Source: a virus
Lineage: Duplodnaviria > Caudoviricetes
IMG/VR virus record: IMGVR_UViG_3300005533_000226
Location: 841 to 64,840 of that record
Reading direction: 5' to 3' (one strand)
Length of the DNA stretch: 64,000 nt
The notes under the pieces are model-generated. The model was not told the DNA's origin and ran no database searches. It saw only the letters and a list, made by a program, of their open reading frames with translations. Made by a program: the position numbers and the translations under genes. Below, one piece after another: positions 26,025-35,940 of the stretch (position 1 is the first letter of the stretch; each line of letters begins with the position of its first letter).

Positions 26025-26224
26025 TTGCGTCCTTTCCTGCGCGCTGCGTCTTGCCGCTTCAATTCGGCAAACATCAGCTCGCATTTTTCTTTGCCATGCT
26101 TCTCGATGAAGCGCGGCATTTCGAGCCGCGCGCGAATGCGATCCATCTGATCGCTACTCGACGCCATCCAAGTTAGGTAATCGAATTCGTCGAGCTGCTT
26201 TTTGGTGTATGGCTTTTTCGCCAT
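26021..26224 (-). CDS. Hypothetical protein
   Basis: RBS plus coupling. Confidence 0.6.
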   Translation of the reverse strand: MAKKPYTKKQLDEFDYLTWMASSSDQMDRIRARLEMPRFIEKHGKEKCELMFAELKRQDAARRKGRK

Positions 26225-26628
26225 CGCTCTAATCCCTTCCGACTAGCGCCCGCATCGCCGCGCGCGCCGCTATGATCGCAGCGTGCGCCATCGCGCGGGT
26301 GTGATCCTCGCAGGACTCTCGCTTGATCTTTTCGAGTGCCGCGATGAGGTCGGCCACGATTAGGTCAGCTCCGGTCGATGACGACATTACGCCCATCGCT
26401 GGTCGATGCGCACCACCGGGTATTCTTCATCGCCCGGCGGGGGCGTCAACACGGCCGCCAGCGCGATGAGCGTGATGGCGATGGCAGCAAGGTTCACGAG
26501 AATCTTGAAGGCTTTCATGGTTGGTCTCCTTTGTGATACCTAACGCGAGTCCGCTCGCGTTACGGGCTTGGTCTCCTTTGGCGCGTCGGACACGGGGCGC
26601 GTAGTTGACGCTGCGCGCCCCACATCCT

Positions 26629-26865
26629 TTAGCGCCGCTTCTTCTTTCGTTCGGCCTCCTTCGCCTTGGCGCGATCCGCCATGTATTTCGCAACCTTCTC
26701 CTTGGTCATAAGGGCAAGGACAGCCGCCGCGTAGGGCGGCACCGGCGGCCACCGCCGGACGGTGCGCTCATTGAGGCCCAAGTAATGAGCGAGTCCGTTC
26801 TTGCTCCATTTCAGCTCGCGCAGGCGAGCCTCGAATTGCTGGCCGGTCATTTCGTGATCGCTCAT
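26629..26865 (-). CDS. HTH (Xre-like) DNA-binding protein
   Basis: MTGQQFEARLRELKWSKNGLAHYLGLNERTVRRW. Confidence 0.75.
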   Translation of the reverse strand: MSDHEMTGQQFEARLRELKWSKNGLAHYLGLNERTVRRWPPVPPYAAAVLALMTKEKVAKYMADRAKAKEAERKKKRR

Positions 26866-27022
26866 TTCGATCCCCTTGTTTTAAGTCGGCGCTGGCGCCA
26901 CGGTGATTTGCGTTTGTCGCCGGTGCCATTGCAGCTTTCGCATTGAACCTCGCCGCGTCGGCCAAGCGGCACGCGGCCTGTGCCATCGCAGGTTTTGCAT
27001 TCGTGCTTAGCCGGGATGATCT

Positions 27023-27295
27023 TCATAGCCTCGCCGCTGCTTTCACAGCAGCGGCCATCGCTGCTTTTTCGGTGAGGTAGCGCCGTCCGATGGTGATGGA
27101 TTGTCCTTCACCGCCAGAACGGATGCAGGCCCAATAAGTCGTTCGCTCGAAATTACGCTGCACCCACAAGCGCCCATCTTCACTGATCATCGCATAGCGA
27201 TTGATGCTGACGCGATATGAGAAGAATTGAACACCATCGACGGTGACGTGTCCGCGCGATGTACGCCGGTAGCTTTCGGGGATAGGGACGGTCAT
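27023..27295 (-). CDS. Hypothetical protein
   Basis: Coupled ORF. Confidence 0.55.
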   Translation of the reverse strand: MTVPIPESYRRTSRGHVTVDGVQFFSYRVSINRYAMISEDGRLWVQRNFERTTYWACIRSGGEGQSITIGRRYLTEKAAMAAAVKAAARL

Positions 27296-27495
27296 TGCTG
27301 GCTGTCCTTGAGGAATTCGAGCGCCTTTGCGAGCGCGCTGATCATGCCAATTTTCGCGCGGCCGATGTAATGGATTGCGCCACCGCCGCTCTTGATCAGC
27401 CGATATTCTCCGCCGTGCAGCTCAAGCAGATAGTCGGCGCCTTCAAATTCGATGTCGGCCGCCATACTTGTTTCAGATTCGATTTTGAAGCGCAT
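27292..27495 (-). CDS. Hypothetical protein
   Basis: Coupled ORF. Confidence 0.55.
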   Translation of the reverse strand: MRFKIESETSMAADIEFEGADYLLELHGGEYRLIKSGGGAIHYIGRAKIGMISALAKALEFLKDSQQ

Positions 27496-27551
27496 GGTGT
27501 GTGTCCGCGTAAAGAGTTGCCCGGCGGATTGCTCCGCCGGGCGTTCTCTTG

Positions 27552-28433
27552 TTAGGCGGCCTCCTTTAGCTTGGCCATCTCATCGGCCAGCACCCAAAGG
27601 GCGCGGTTCAGCTTCACGTCACCGTCCACCGATTGAATCGGGCGGGTGTGACGATGAATGATCCGGCCTTCTGAGTTGGCTTGCGAGTAGCCGATGCCAC
27701 CACGCACAAGATTTTCTTGCACGCGGTTGAAAGTCCGCCACAGGTCATTGCCGGTGTCTTCCGGCCGCCGACCCGCGTTGAGCGCGGACGCCTTGATGGG
27801 GGAGTCGCCTTCAAAGCGGAGCTGAGCCGCCGCCGTAGCGAACGCCTGTTGCTCCGGGGCCGCCAGCATGAGCGTTTGGAAGCGCCCAACCTTCTCGGCC
27901 ACATGGTCAACCTCATCAATGACGCGGTAAGCGCCGTCGATGACTTGACCTACCACGTCGCCCTTATGCGGCACGCGAACGTGCGCGTTCGGACGGCTGT
28001 GATCGGACACCACCATGCCGTTGAGGCAGATGAGACGAAACCAGCCCATGAACAGTTCATAGGCTGACGTACCATCGTGCGAATTCAGCAGGCACACCTC
28101 AGGCACGCTATCGCCGACCGCGCGAGCGACAAGGCCGCTCTTGCGAAAGCGAATCATGTGCTTGGTAAAGCCGCGCTTCATTTCGTCTTTCGATCCGCCT
28201 TGCCGAACGGCAACCGGCTGAAAGCCTTCCTTCCGCAAGCCGTCGATCACGGCGCCGGTCGGCATGTAGGTGTAACGATCCGAACGGCTTTCGTGCTTCT
28301 CGATGGCGAACACCGAAGGGCACGCCTTGGCGATTTCCTCATTGCTGAGGCTCGCACCATTGCGCGACATCAGTGACGCGCCACCACGGCCGAAGCGGTT
28401 GAAGCTACGGGTGGGGTCAAATTGAAGGTTCAT
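27552..28433 (-). CDS. DUF932/DUF945-family protein
   Basis: HESRSDRYTYMPT...GFTKHMIRFR...LLNSHDGTSAY...FRLICLNG...DLWRTFNRVQEN. Confidence 0.9.
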   Translation of the reverse strand: MNLQFDPTRSFNRFGRGGASLMSRNGASLSNEEIAKACPSVFAIEKHESRSDRYTYMPTGAVIDGLRKEGFQPVAVRQGGSKDEMKRGFTKHMIRFRKSGLVARAVGDSVPEVCLLNSHDGTSAYELFMGWFRLICLNGMVVSDHSRPNAHVRVPHKGDVVGQVIDGAYRVIDEVDHVAEKVGRFQTLMLAAPEQQAFATAAAQLRFEGDSPIKASALNAGRRPEDTGNDLWRTFNRVQENLVRGGIGYSQANSEGRIIHRHTRPIQSVDGDVKLNRALWVLADEMAKLKEAA

Positions 28434-28478
28434 GCTTGGTCTCCTTTGTGTCCGGGCGTGATTGCCCATGACCATTCC

Positions 28479-28512
28479 TTTATAGGGCATAATGCCCTAG
28501 GGCGTCAAGCCC
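28479..28512 (-). promoter_or_regulatory. Sigma70-like promoter with an internal palindromic operator (copy 1)
   Basis: Minus strand TTGACG-N18-TATAAA enclosing TAGGGCA-TTA-TGCCCTA. Confidence 0.7.
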
Positions 28513-28568
28513 AAAAATAAACCCCGCCAATGGCGGGGTTGGAGGCAGGCGCCGGGGATTGCAGCTTG

Positions 28569-28796
28569 TTAATTGTCGAATTCGGCGACCGTTGCCATCG
28601 TGTGACCGGCAACGAATGCATCCCATGCGGATCGAATGGCGGTAAGGCGATCATTCATCGCGATCACCCTTAGCTCGTTACCGGCGCGCTTTGCAGATTC
28701 GATGGCCGCTTCAATTCGTGATTCGGTAAGTCCAACTATTCTGCAAAAGTCATCGGTGATATTGAGCGCATTGTATTGCTCGATGGGCTTCTCCAT
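28569..28796 (-). CDS. Hypothetical protein
   Basis: AAAGGAGACC RBS. Confidence 0.6.
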   Translation of the reverse strand: MEKPIEQYNALNITDDFCRIVGLTESRIEAAIESAKRAGNELRVIAMNDRLTAIRSAWDAFVAGHTMATVAEFDN

Positions 28797-28797
28797 T

Positions 28798-29007
28798 TCA
28801 GGTCTCCTTTGCTTTCTTTCGTGATTGACGGAATTTGGGGCAATCGCATTTTGGATACGGCGCCATCGTGTGAGCTGCGCAATCGTGCGGGGCGCCGTGG
28901 AAATGCTGGGCCAGCGTATGACCGCATACGCACATGCGGGTCAGGTCGCCATCGAAGGTGTAGCGGCCATTGCGCTGATCGCGGTTCTGTCTGTGTTTCG
29001 TTTCCAT
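28798..29007 (-). CDS. Small zinc-finger protein
   Basis: CVCGH...H...C...CDC. Confidence 0.6.
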   Translation of the reverse strand: METKHRQNRDQRNGRYTFDGDLTRMCVCGHTLAQHFHGAPHDCAAHTMAPYPKCDCPKFRQSRKKAKET

Positions 29008-29014
29008 GATTAGG

Positions 29015-29048
29015 ATAATAGGGCAATTCGCCCTAGGGCGTCAAGCCC
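29015..29048 (-). promoter_or_regulatory. Sigma70-like promoter with an internal palindromic operator (copy 2)
   Basis: Minus strand TTGACG-N18-TATTAT enclosing TAGGGCG-AAT-TGCCCTA; near-identical to copy 1. Confidence 0.7.
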
Positions 29049-29109
29049 TATTTTTATGTGCGAATAAGAAGCCCCGATCAGCAATGACCGGGGCTTAAGC
29101 CGTTTTGAT

Positions 29110-29712
29110 TTACGTTGAGGCGTCGCCAATCCTCACTTCATAGTATTTGACTTGCCGCCGACGCTTCTTAATGGCGGTGGCGATTCGCTTCGCTCGCGTT
29201 TCGAGGCGGGCGAGTGCGCGCCGCGCGCGTTCTGCACGGACGGCGACGTGATCGACCGGCGGCTTCGTCGCCTTCGGCTTTTCGTCGGCTGGCATTCTTG
29301 TCTTGCCGTCGAATTGCCAGAAGCCGGTAACGCGACGTGAGAGTCGCCGATAGTTTTGCCACGGCACGCTGTATCCGTCATGGATCATTCCGTGGCTGAT
29401 GACGAAGACGTGCCCCGGCACGCGGACAATGAACGGCCCCATGTGCGCGCGGTCTTCGCAGAATGCCCGCACTGTCGGCGCCTTGGCGAAATCGAACGTG
29501 CCGCTGTCGGTGACGCGCCAACCGAGTCTGCGCATCACCTCGATGGTCTCGTTGCAGTACGTGCCTTGGACCGGCTTGCCCTTCTTCCACCGGCGCAGCC
29601 GCCGGTACTTGCGCTCGACTTTGCTCACCGGGACTCCGGTGATGACTTAGATGGCGCGAGGGCCGCAGAACGCGCGCCCCTCGCGGTCGATGATCGGATC
29701 ATTGAGCATCAT
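29110..29712 (-). pseudogene. Cys-His peptidase-like gene interrupted by one in-frame TAA at 29647-29649
   Basis: Coupled start gives MMLNDPIIDREGRAFCGPRAI*VITGVPVSKVERK...GHVFVISHGMIHD. Confidence 0.6.
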
Positions 29713-29999
29713 CACGCCGCCTCCGCCAGAAGCCTGTCGCGCTTGGCAACAAGCGATTGATGGATGCGCTCGGCGACACTCCATTCGGCGGGCAAGATGC
29801 TGCGCTTGTTATACGCATCAATCTTCTGATTGAGCCGCCTTAGCTCGCGCTCGCGCGCTTCGCGTTGTGTTGCGGCTTTCGCCAGCTCACGCCCGCGTTT
29901 CATAGTTTCTTTCCAGAGCCGTTCGCTTTCGGCGATACGCTCCGGTGTCCACAGTTTCCTGTTCAGGAAATCGGGAAGCGTCAGGTCGATGTCAGTCAT
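29712..29999 (-). CDS. Hypothetical protein
   Basis: AAAGGAGACC RBS; DLTLPDFLNR. Confidence 0.6.
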   Translation of the reverse strand: MTDIDLTLPDFLNRKLWTPERIAESERLWKETMKRGRELAKAATQREARERELRRLNQKIDAYNKRSILPAEWSVAERIHQSLVAKRDRLLAEAA

Positions 30000-30201
30000 T
30001 GGCTTGGTCTCCTTTTTTAATTCACGCACGCATTATAGCAAACGAGTTTTTTCAGAATTTCGAGAATCAATGACTTAGCGGCGACCGCCTTTCTGTTTGC
30101 GCCGTGAAATTGCGAAAAAAAATTTACTTGACTCGACTTTTTGAATTTTTTTGTGAGCGACGATGGATGCGAAATAACAAGAACAAAAAAAGAGAATCAA
30201 A

Positions 30202-30660
30202 ATGGGGCGCCCGCAATATGTGCCGACTGAAAAGGACAGAAGGCACGTCGAGCTAGAGCTGTCGCTTGGCGGCAAGGAAGCCGACATCTGCGCGATTCTC
30301 GAAATTGATGAGAAGACCTTTCGCAAGCATTTCGCCGCAGAGATTGCCGCAGGCGTCGAGGGCGCGAGTAGGCGCGTGGCGCACGCGCTTTACGAAAACG
30401 CGGTCGGGCGCCCGGCCGAATACAACGCCAAGGGCAAGCTGATCCGCGAGGAAATCAAGCCGCAGCTTGGTGCGCAAAAATACTGGCTGGCTTGCCGTGC
30501 CGGTTGGTACGAATACGCGCCGCCGAAGCTTCCGAATCCGAATAAGGCAGCGACGCCGCTTGGAAGGAAACAGCAGGCCACGGCCGATGCGATGACCGCA
30601 GCCAAGGGCACGAGCTGGGAAGATGTTCTAGGCAAGTCGCCCGCGCCGTCGCGTCAGTAA
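30202..30660 (+). CDS. terS: Terminase small subunit
   Basis: GRPQYVPT...IDEKTFRKHF...ALYENA...KYWL; directly upstream of terL. Confidence 0.85.
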   Translation: MGRPQYVPTEKDRRHVELELSLGGKEADICAILEIDEKTFRKHFAAEIAAGVEGASRRVAHALYENAVGRPAEYNAKGKLIREEIKPQLGAQKYWLACRAGWYEYAPPKLPNPNKAATPLGRKQQATADAMTAAKGTSWEDVLGKSPAPSRQ

Positions 30661-32358
30661 ATGAAAAAGTGGAATTTTGCGTGCCCTGATTGGGAAGACC
30701 GCATTAGGGCGCGCGAATCATTACTGCCTGATTTGCCGCTTTACGATGAACAGGTGCGGAAGGCTCTTATTGTCTTCGGCAAGCTGCACATTCCCGATGT
30801 TGTCGGCACGCCATCGTTCGCGGATGTCGGCAAAGATTGGATTTACGATCCCGTTCGCGCGCTATTCGGTTCCCTCGACCCGGATACGATGATCAGGCAT
30901 GTGCGCGAGATTTTCCAGCTCGTGCCGAAGAAGAATGCCAAGACCACGAATGGCGCCGCTATTATGGTCACGGCGTTGGCGCTGAACATCCGGCCGCGCG
31001 CTGAATTCCTTTTGATCGGCCCGACGCAAACGGTTTCCGACCGCGCTTTTGAGCAAGCGGTTGGCATGATTCAGAATGACCCTGAAGGGTATCTGCAAAA
31101 GCGGATGCATATTCAGGATCACCGCAAGCGCATCATCGACCGTATGAACGGCGCGATGCTGTCGGTGAAAACATTCGACACCAAGATTGTCACCGGCGCC
31201 AAGCCTGCTGGCGTTCTCATTGATGAGCTGCACGAAATTTCGTCGATGGCTGACGCCGACCGCGTAATTGGACAGCTACGCGGTGGCATTATCTCGCAGA
31301 GCGAAGGCTTTCTTATTTTCATCACTACGCAATCCGAACGGCCGCCCGCTGGCGTGTTCAGGATCGAGTTGAGTAAGGCGCGCGCAATCCGCGACGGTCG
31401 GATTGAGGGCGCGATGCTCCCGCTGCTTTATGAATTCCCGGCGGATATGATCAAGTCCGGCGAATGGGAAAATCCGAAGAACTGGCCGATGGTGACGCCG
31501 AATCTTGGATGCGGTCTCACCATCGAGCGCCTTGTTGAAGATGCCCGCGATGCCAAGTTTGCTGGCGAACAGGAATACCGCCGCTGGGCATCACAGCATT
31601 TGAATATCGAGATTGGTCTTGCGCTCGCAGATGATCGTTGGCCCGGCGCCGATTTTTGGGAGGCGATGGGCGACACCAAGCTGACGCTTGAACAGATTAT
31701 CTCGCGCTCGGATGTCGGCGTTTTTGGAATTGACGGCGGCGGCCTCGACGATCTTTTGGGCCTCGCATTCATTGGCCGTGATCGCGAAACCCGCGAATGG
31801 CTTCATTGGTCGCACACATGGGCGCATCAGTCCGTGTTTGAGCGCCGCAAGGAAATCGCAGCGCGCCTGTTGGATTTTCAACAGGATGGCGAATTGACCG
31901 TGGTGAAAGAGCTGGGCAGCGACGTTCGGCAGATTGCTGAGATTGTCGCGTGGATCGACTCGCTTGGAATCCTGCCTGAGAAAAATGCCATCGGCGTTGA
32001 CCCGGTTGGCATCGGGCAAATCGTCGATGAAATCGCGGCGATGGGATTGGACACCACGCGCATCGTTGGCGTCCCGCAAGGATGGAAGCTGAACGGCGCT
32101 ATCAAGGCGCTTGAGCGCAAGCTGGCCGAACGCACGTTCACCCACGCCGGGCAGGCGCTTATGGCTTGGTGCGTTGGCAACGCCAAGGCTGAGCCGCGCG
32201 GTAATGCAATCAGCATAACGAAGCAGGCGGCCGGTAAGGCGAAAATCGACACGCTGATGGCGACCTTCAATGCGGCATCGTTGATGAGTTTGAATCCAGA
32301 AGCGATGGGCGCCCTCAAGTCTCCTTATGAGAATGAGGGCTTTTCCATCAAAAAGTGA
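30661..32358 (+). CDS. terL: Terminase large subunit
   Basis: VPKKNAKTT Walker A, LIDELH Walker B, GIDGGGLDD nuclease motif, KIDTLMA. Confidence 0.97.
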   Translation: MKKWNFACPDWEDRIRARESLLPDLPLYDEQVRKALIVFGKLHIPDVVGTPSFADVGKDWIYDPVRALFGSLDPDTMIRHVREIFQLVPKKNAKTTNGAAIMVTALALNIRPRAEFLLIGPTQTVSDRAFEQAVGMIQNDPEGYLQKRMHIQDHRKRIIDRMNGAMLSVKTFDTKIVTGAKPAGVLIDELHEISSMADADRVIGQLRGGIISQSEGFLIFITTQSERPPAGVFRIELSKARAIRDGRIEGAMLPLLYEFPADMIKSGEWENPKNWPMVTPNLGCGLTIERLVEDARDAKFAGEQEYRRWASQHLNIEIGLALADDRWPGADFWEAMGDTKLTLEQIISRSDVGVFGIDGGGLDDLLGLAFIGRDRETREWLHWSHTWAHQSVFERRKEIAARLLDFQQDGELTVVKELGSDVRQIAEIVAWIDSLGILPEKNAIGVDPVGIGQIVDEIAAMGLDTTRIVGVPQGWKLNGAIKALERKLAERTFTHAGQALMAWCVGNAKAEPRGNAISITKQAAGKAKIDTLMATFNAASLMSLNPEAMGALKSPYENEGFSIKK

Positions 32359-32367
32359 GGAAGCGAT

Positions 32368-32538
32368 ATGGCGCGGAAATTCTTGTTGTCGCTGAAATCA
32401 TTCGTTGATGAGCGCGACCTGATTTTCCTGATCGGCCTTGGCCTAATCTGCTACGGCTGCGCGTTGATCTATTTGCCGATGGCCTACATCGTGCCCGGCG
32501 CAATCCTTGTGCATCAAGCAAGCGCAAGACAAAAATGA
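32368..32538 (+). CDS. Small membrane protein between terL and portal
   Basis: MARKFLL...DLIFLIGLGLICYGCALIYLPMAYIVPG (below the ORF-track cutoff). Confidence 0.6.
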   Translation: MARKFLLSLKSFVDERDLIFLIGLGLICYGCALIYLPMAYIVPGAILVHQASARQK

Positions 32539-32559
32539 AAATAAAAAAAGGGCTGCGCA

Positions 32560-33882
32560 ATGGGAATCCTGTCACGCCTTGATAGGCGCGTGAGCGCCGG
32601 TGCTGAGGCGCGCATTTCGCTGGAAAATCCGCAGGTCTCCCTTTCGGACCCGGCAGCCCTTCGCGAGCTTTTTGGCGCTTGGTATTCGGCGGCGAACGGG
32701 ATTGAGGTAACGCCTGCGAAGGCGCTTTCCGTTCCGGCCGTGCTTTGCGCTGTCAGCTTCATCGGCGGCACCATCGCGTCGCTTCCGCTCGATCTTTACA
32801 AGGTCGATCAGGAAAAGGGGCCGATGGTCGATGAAAGCAATCCGCTTTACACGATCATCCATGATGAGGTGAATTCAGATTGCCTCACGTCATTCAAATG
32901 GCGTCAGGTAATGATGAATGGCACGTTGCTGACGGGCCGCTCATTCTCATACATCGAGCGCAACGTTGCGCAGCGCGTTGTCAATCTATGGCCGCTGAAT
33001 CCCAAGGGCGTTACGATCCGCCGCAAGAACGGCCGCACATTCTATGATTACCGCGAAACGCAGAACACGCGGCTGATCACATACGAGGCGCCCGAAATCA
33101 TCGACATTCCATTCCTGTTGGATGTCGATGTCATCAGTCACATCAATCTCGTTTCCAACATGCGCGACACGTTCGCGCTCTGCATTGCCGCGCAGGAATA
33201 CGCCACCAAGTATTTCGCCAACGGTGGCGTCCCGCCGCTTGCCTTAAAAGGACCGGCCGCCACGGCGGCGGCCGTGAAGCGCGCCGCCAACGATGTTCTT
33301 GAAGCGGTGCGCGACGCCAACGCGCAGAATCGCAACATGGTGTATTTGCCCGGCGGCCACGAGTTGACGCCGGTTGGCTTCAATCCCGAACAGGGCCAGC
33401 TCTTGCTCGCGCGACTGTTCCAGATTCAAGAGGTTGCGCGAATCTACAATCTGCCGCCGACCTTCCTTCACGATCTTTCGCGCGCGACCTACTCGAATGC
33501 TGAACAGGCCGATTTAAGCTTTGTGAAGCATACGCTGATGCATTGGCTGACGGCCATCGAGCAAGAGCTGAACGCCAAGCTTTTTTCCGCGCGCAATCGT
33601 AAGGCATTCGTGAAATTCAATCAGGACGAATTGCTGCGCGGCGACTTTATGTCTCGCATGGAAGGCTATTCCAACGCCGTTTCCGCCGCCGTGCTGTCGC
33701 CGAACGAAGCGCGCGCCAAGGAAGGATTGCCGCCGCTTCCCGGCGGCGACAAGCTTTACATCAACAGTGCATCGGTGCCGCTGGAAAGTGCGGGCCAGCA
33801 GCAGCAACAAAAGCAAGACACTGGCGCCGGGAAGAAGCCCGTCGATCAGGGGCAACCCAGCGATAAGACCGGGGACAAGTGA
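32560..33882 (+). CDS. HK97-family portal protein
   Basis: AVLCAVSFIGGTIASLPL, YFANGG, IARIYNLPP-like, SNAEQ, NEAR. Confidence 0.96.
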   Translation: MGILSRLDRRVSAGAEARISLENPQVSLSDPAALRELFGAWYSAANGIEVTPAKALSVPAVLCAVSFIGGTIASLPLDLYKVDQEKGPMVDESNPLYTIIHDEVNSDCLTSFKWRQVMMNGTLLTGRSFSYIERNVAQRVVNLWPLNPKGVTIRRKNGRTFYDYRETQNTRLITYEAPEIIDIPFLLDVDVISHINLVSNMRDTFALCIAAQEYATKYFANGGVPPLALKGPAATAAAVKRAANDVLEAVRDANAQNRNMVYLPGGHELTPVGFNPEQGQLLLARLFQIQEVARIYNLPPTFLHDLSRATYSNAEQADLSFVKHTLMHWLTAIEQELNAKLFSARNRKAFVKFNQDELLRGDFMSRMEGYSNAVSAAVLSPNEARAKEGLPPLPGGDKLYINSASVPLESAGQQQQQKQDTGAGKKPVDQGQPSDKTGDK

Positions 33883-33883
33883 T

Positions 33884-34495
33884 ATGCCGGACACCAAGAA
33901 AGAGGTACGCGCAATCGGCGTTGTCGAGATGCGCGCTACCGATGGGCAGCCGAAGAAGATTGTCGGCTATGCTGCCGTGTTCAATTCCATTACGGATATT
34001 GGCGGCTATTTCCGCGAACAGATTGCGCCCGGCGCATTTGCCGACGCTATCGGCAGCGATGACGTGCGCGCGCTGTTCAACCACGATTCCAATTTCGTTC
34101 TTGGGCGGAATACTGCCGGGACGCTCGTGCTTCGCGAGGATGACAAGGGACTCGCTTTCGAGGTTACGCCGCCCGACACGCAATGGGCGAAAGACCTGAT
34201 GGCGAGCATTGATCGCGGCGACGTGACGCAATGCTCATTTGCGTTTCGTGCGCGCAAAGAGGAATGGGATGAATCCGATCCCAAGGCGCTACCCCTTCGC
34301 ACTTTGCTCAGGTGCGATCTTTCTGATGTGAGCATTGTGACTTATCCCGCGTATGAAGACACGTCAGCCGCGCTGCGCTCATTGGATAGCTACCGCAAGG
34401 AGCGTGAAGCGGCGAAATCGACGCTATCGCCGGTCGGCCAGCTTTTGCAGGCGCGATTGAGGATGCAGCAAAAATTGAGATTCCGCGCGCGCTGA
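33884..34495 (+). CDS. HK97-family prohead protease
   Basis: GYAAVFN, ALFNHD, SFAF, DVSIVTYPAY. Confidence 0.95.
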   Translation: MPDTKKEVRAIGVVEMRATDGQPKKIVGYAAVFNSITDIGGYFREQIAPGAFADAIGSDDVRALFNHDSNFVLGRNTAGTLVLREDDKGLAFEVTPPDTQWAKDLMASIDRGDVTQCSFAFRARKEEWDESDPKALPLRTLLRCDLSDVSIVTYPAYEDTSAALRSLDSYRKEREAAKSTLSPVGQLLQARLRMQQKLRFRAR

Positions 34496-34624
34496 ACGCG
34501 CTCGCAGATAGAGGCCGCGCTAAGCGCGGCTTTCTTATTGCCAGAAACCGCCCTTGGGCAAGGCACACAACAAGCTGGCAGCCGATAACGGCGGCCCAAA
34601 ACAAACAAAAATGGGAAGAAAACC

Positions 34625-35920
34625 ATGACTCTCAAAGAGATTCGTGACGCGCAGGCGAAAGCTGTCGCCGACGCTCGCACTCTGATGGAAAGCATCGGCT
34701 CGGATACCACGCCTGAGAAGGCGAAGGAAATCGAGGAACAGCATGACAAGGCCATGGCGGAGTATGACCGCCTTGAGGCTCTTGCCGTGCGCGAGCAGGA
34801 ACAGATTAAGCGCGAGAATGCGCTGAACGCTGTTGCCGATCCGGTTCGGACGCCGAAGGGCGAAGACCGCTCGGTGCCTGCCGTCGAGGTTCCTGAGGAA
34901 CAGCCCGCGCCGCTCGATGACGTGCAGCGCAAGAAGGCGTTCGATTATTACCTGCGCTATGGCCTCACCGATATGCCCGCTGACATGCGGCAGATTATGC
35001 GGCGCGCGCAGGCTGAGGCTCGCACCTTCTTGGGGCAGGGCATCTCCACCACCGGCGGCGGCGCCGCAGGTTCGGACGGCGGCTACCTCGTGCCGACCGG
35101 CTTTATGCCTGAGCTGATCAAGTCCCTCAAGGCGTGGGGTCCGATGATGGACCCGGATATTGTCCGCGTCCTGAATACGTCCACCGGCGTTTCGATCCCG
35201 TGGCCGTCGATGGACGACACCTCCAACGAGGGCGCGCTGATCGCCGAAAACACGGCCGTCAGCACCGCTGAATTGACGTTCGGCACCAAGTCGCTCGATG
35301 CGTGGAAATACACCTCCGGCGTTGTGCTGGTGTCCAACGAGTTGCTTCAGGACGCCGCGCTTGATGTCGAGACCATCGTGCGTGATGCTATGGCTGAGCG
35401 TATCGGCCGCAAGGGCAACCGCGACCTTACCACCGGCGATGGCTCGTCCAAGCCGAATGGTATCGTTCACGCCACCAGCGGCGGCGTTACGGCCGCGAGC
35501 GCGTCGGGTGTCACCTTCGATGACCTGATTGAGCTGGAACACAGCGTCGATCCGGCGTACCGCAACGATCCGTCTTGCCGTTGGATGTTCACCGACACCA
35601 CGCTGAAAATCCTTCGCAAGCTGAAGGACGGTCAGGGCCGGTACATCTGGAATCCGGCGGACGTGAAGGCGGGCGAGCCTGCCACGATCAGCGGCTATGC
35701 CTATTCGGTGAATCAGCACATGGCCGAAGCGACCACGGGCAACAAGAGCGTCATTTTCGGCGCCTTCAATCGCTACGTGCGCCGCATGGTGCTTCAGTTC
35801 AGCATCCGTCGCTTGACGGAACGCTATGCTGAGGCGGACCAAATCGGCTTCATCGGCTTTACCCGTTTCGACGGCGAGCTGTTGGACGCTGGCGCGGTCA
35901 AGGCGCTCACGCAGGCGTAA
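34625..35920 (+). CDS. HK97-fold major capsid protein
   Basis: Delta-domain coiled coil, GGYLVP, VSNELLQDA, LKDGQGRYIW. Confidence 0.97.
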   Translation: MTLKEIRDAQAKAVADARTLMESIGSDTTPEKAKEIEEQHDKAMAEYDRLEALAVREQEQIKRENALNAVADPVRTPKGEDRSVPAVEVPEEQPAPLDDVQRKKAFDYYLRYGLTDMPADMRQIMRRAQAEARTFLGQGISTTGGGAAGSDGGYLVPTGFMPELIKSLKAWGPMMDPDIVRVLNTSTGVSIPWPSMDDTSNEGALIAENTAVSTAELTFGTKSLDAWKYTSGVVLVSNELLQDAALDVETIVRDAMAERIGRKGNRDLTTGDGSSKPNGIVHATSGGVTAASASGVTFDDLIELEHSVDPAYRNDPSCRWMFTDTTLKILRKLKDGQGRYIWNPADVKAGEPATISGYAYSVNQHMAEATTGNKSVIFGAFNRYVRRMVLQFSIRRLTERYAEADQIGFIGFTRFDGELLDAGAVKALTQA

Positions 35921-35940
35921 TCCACACCACCAAAATAGGG

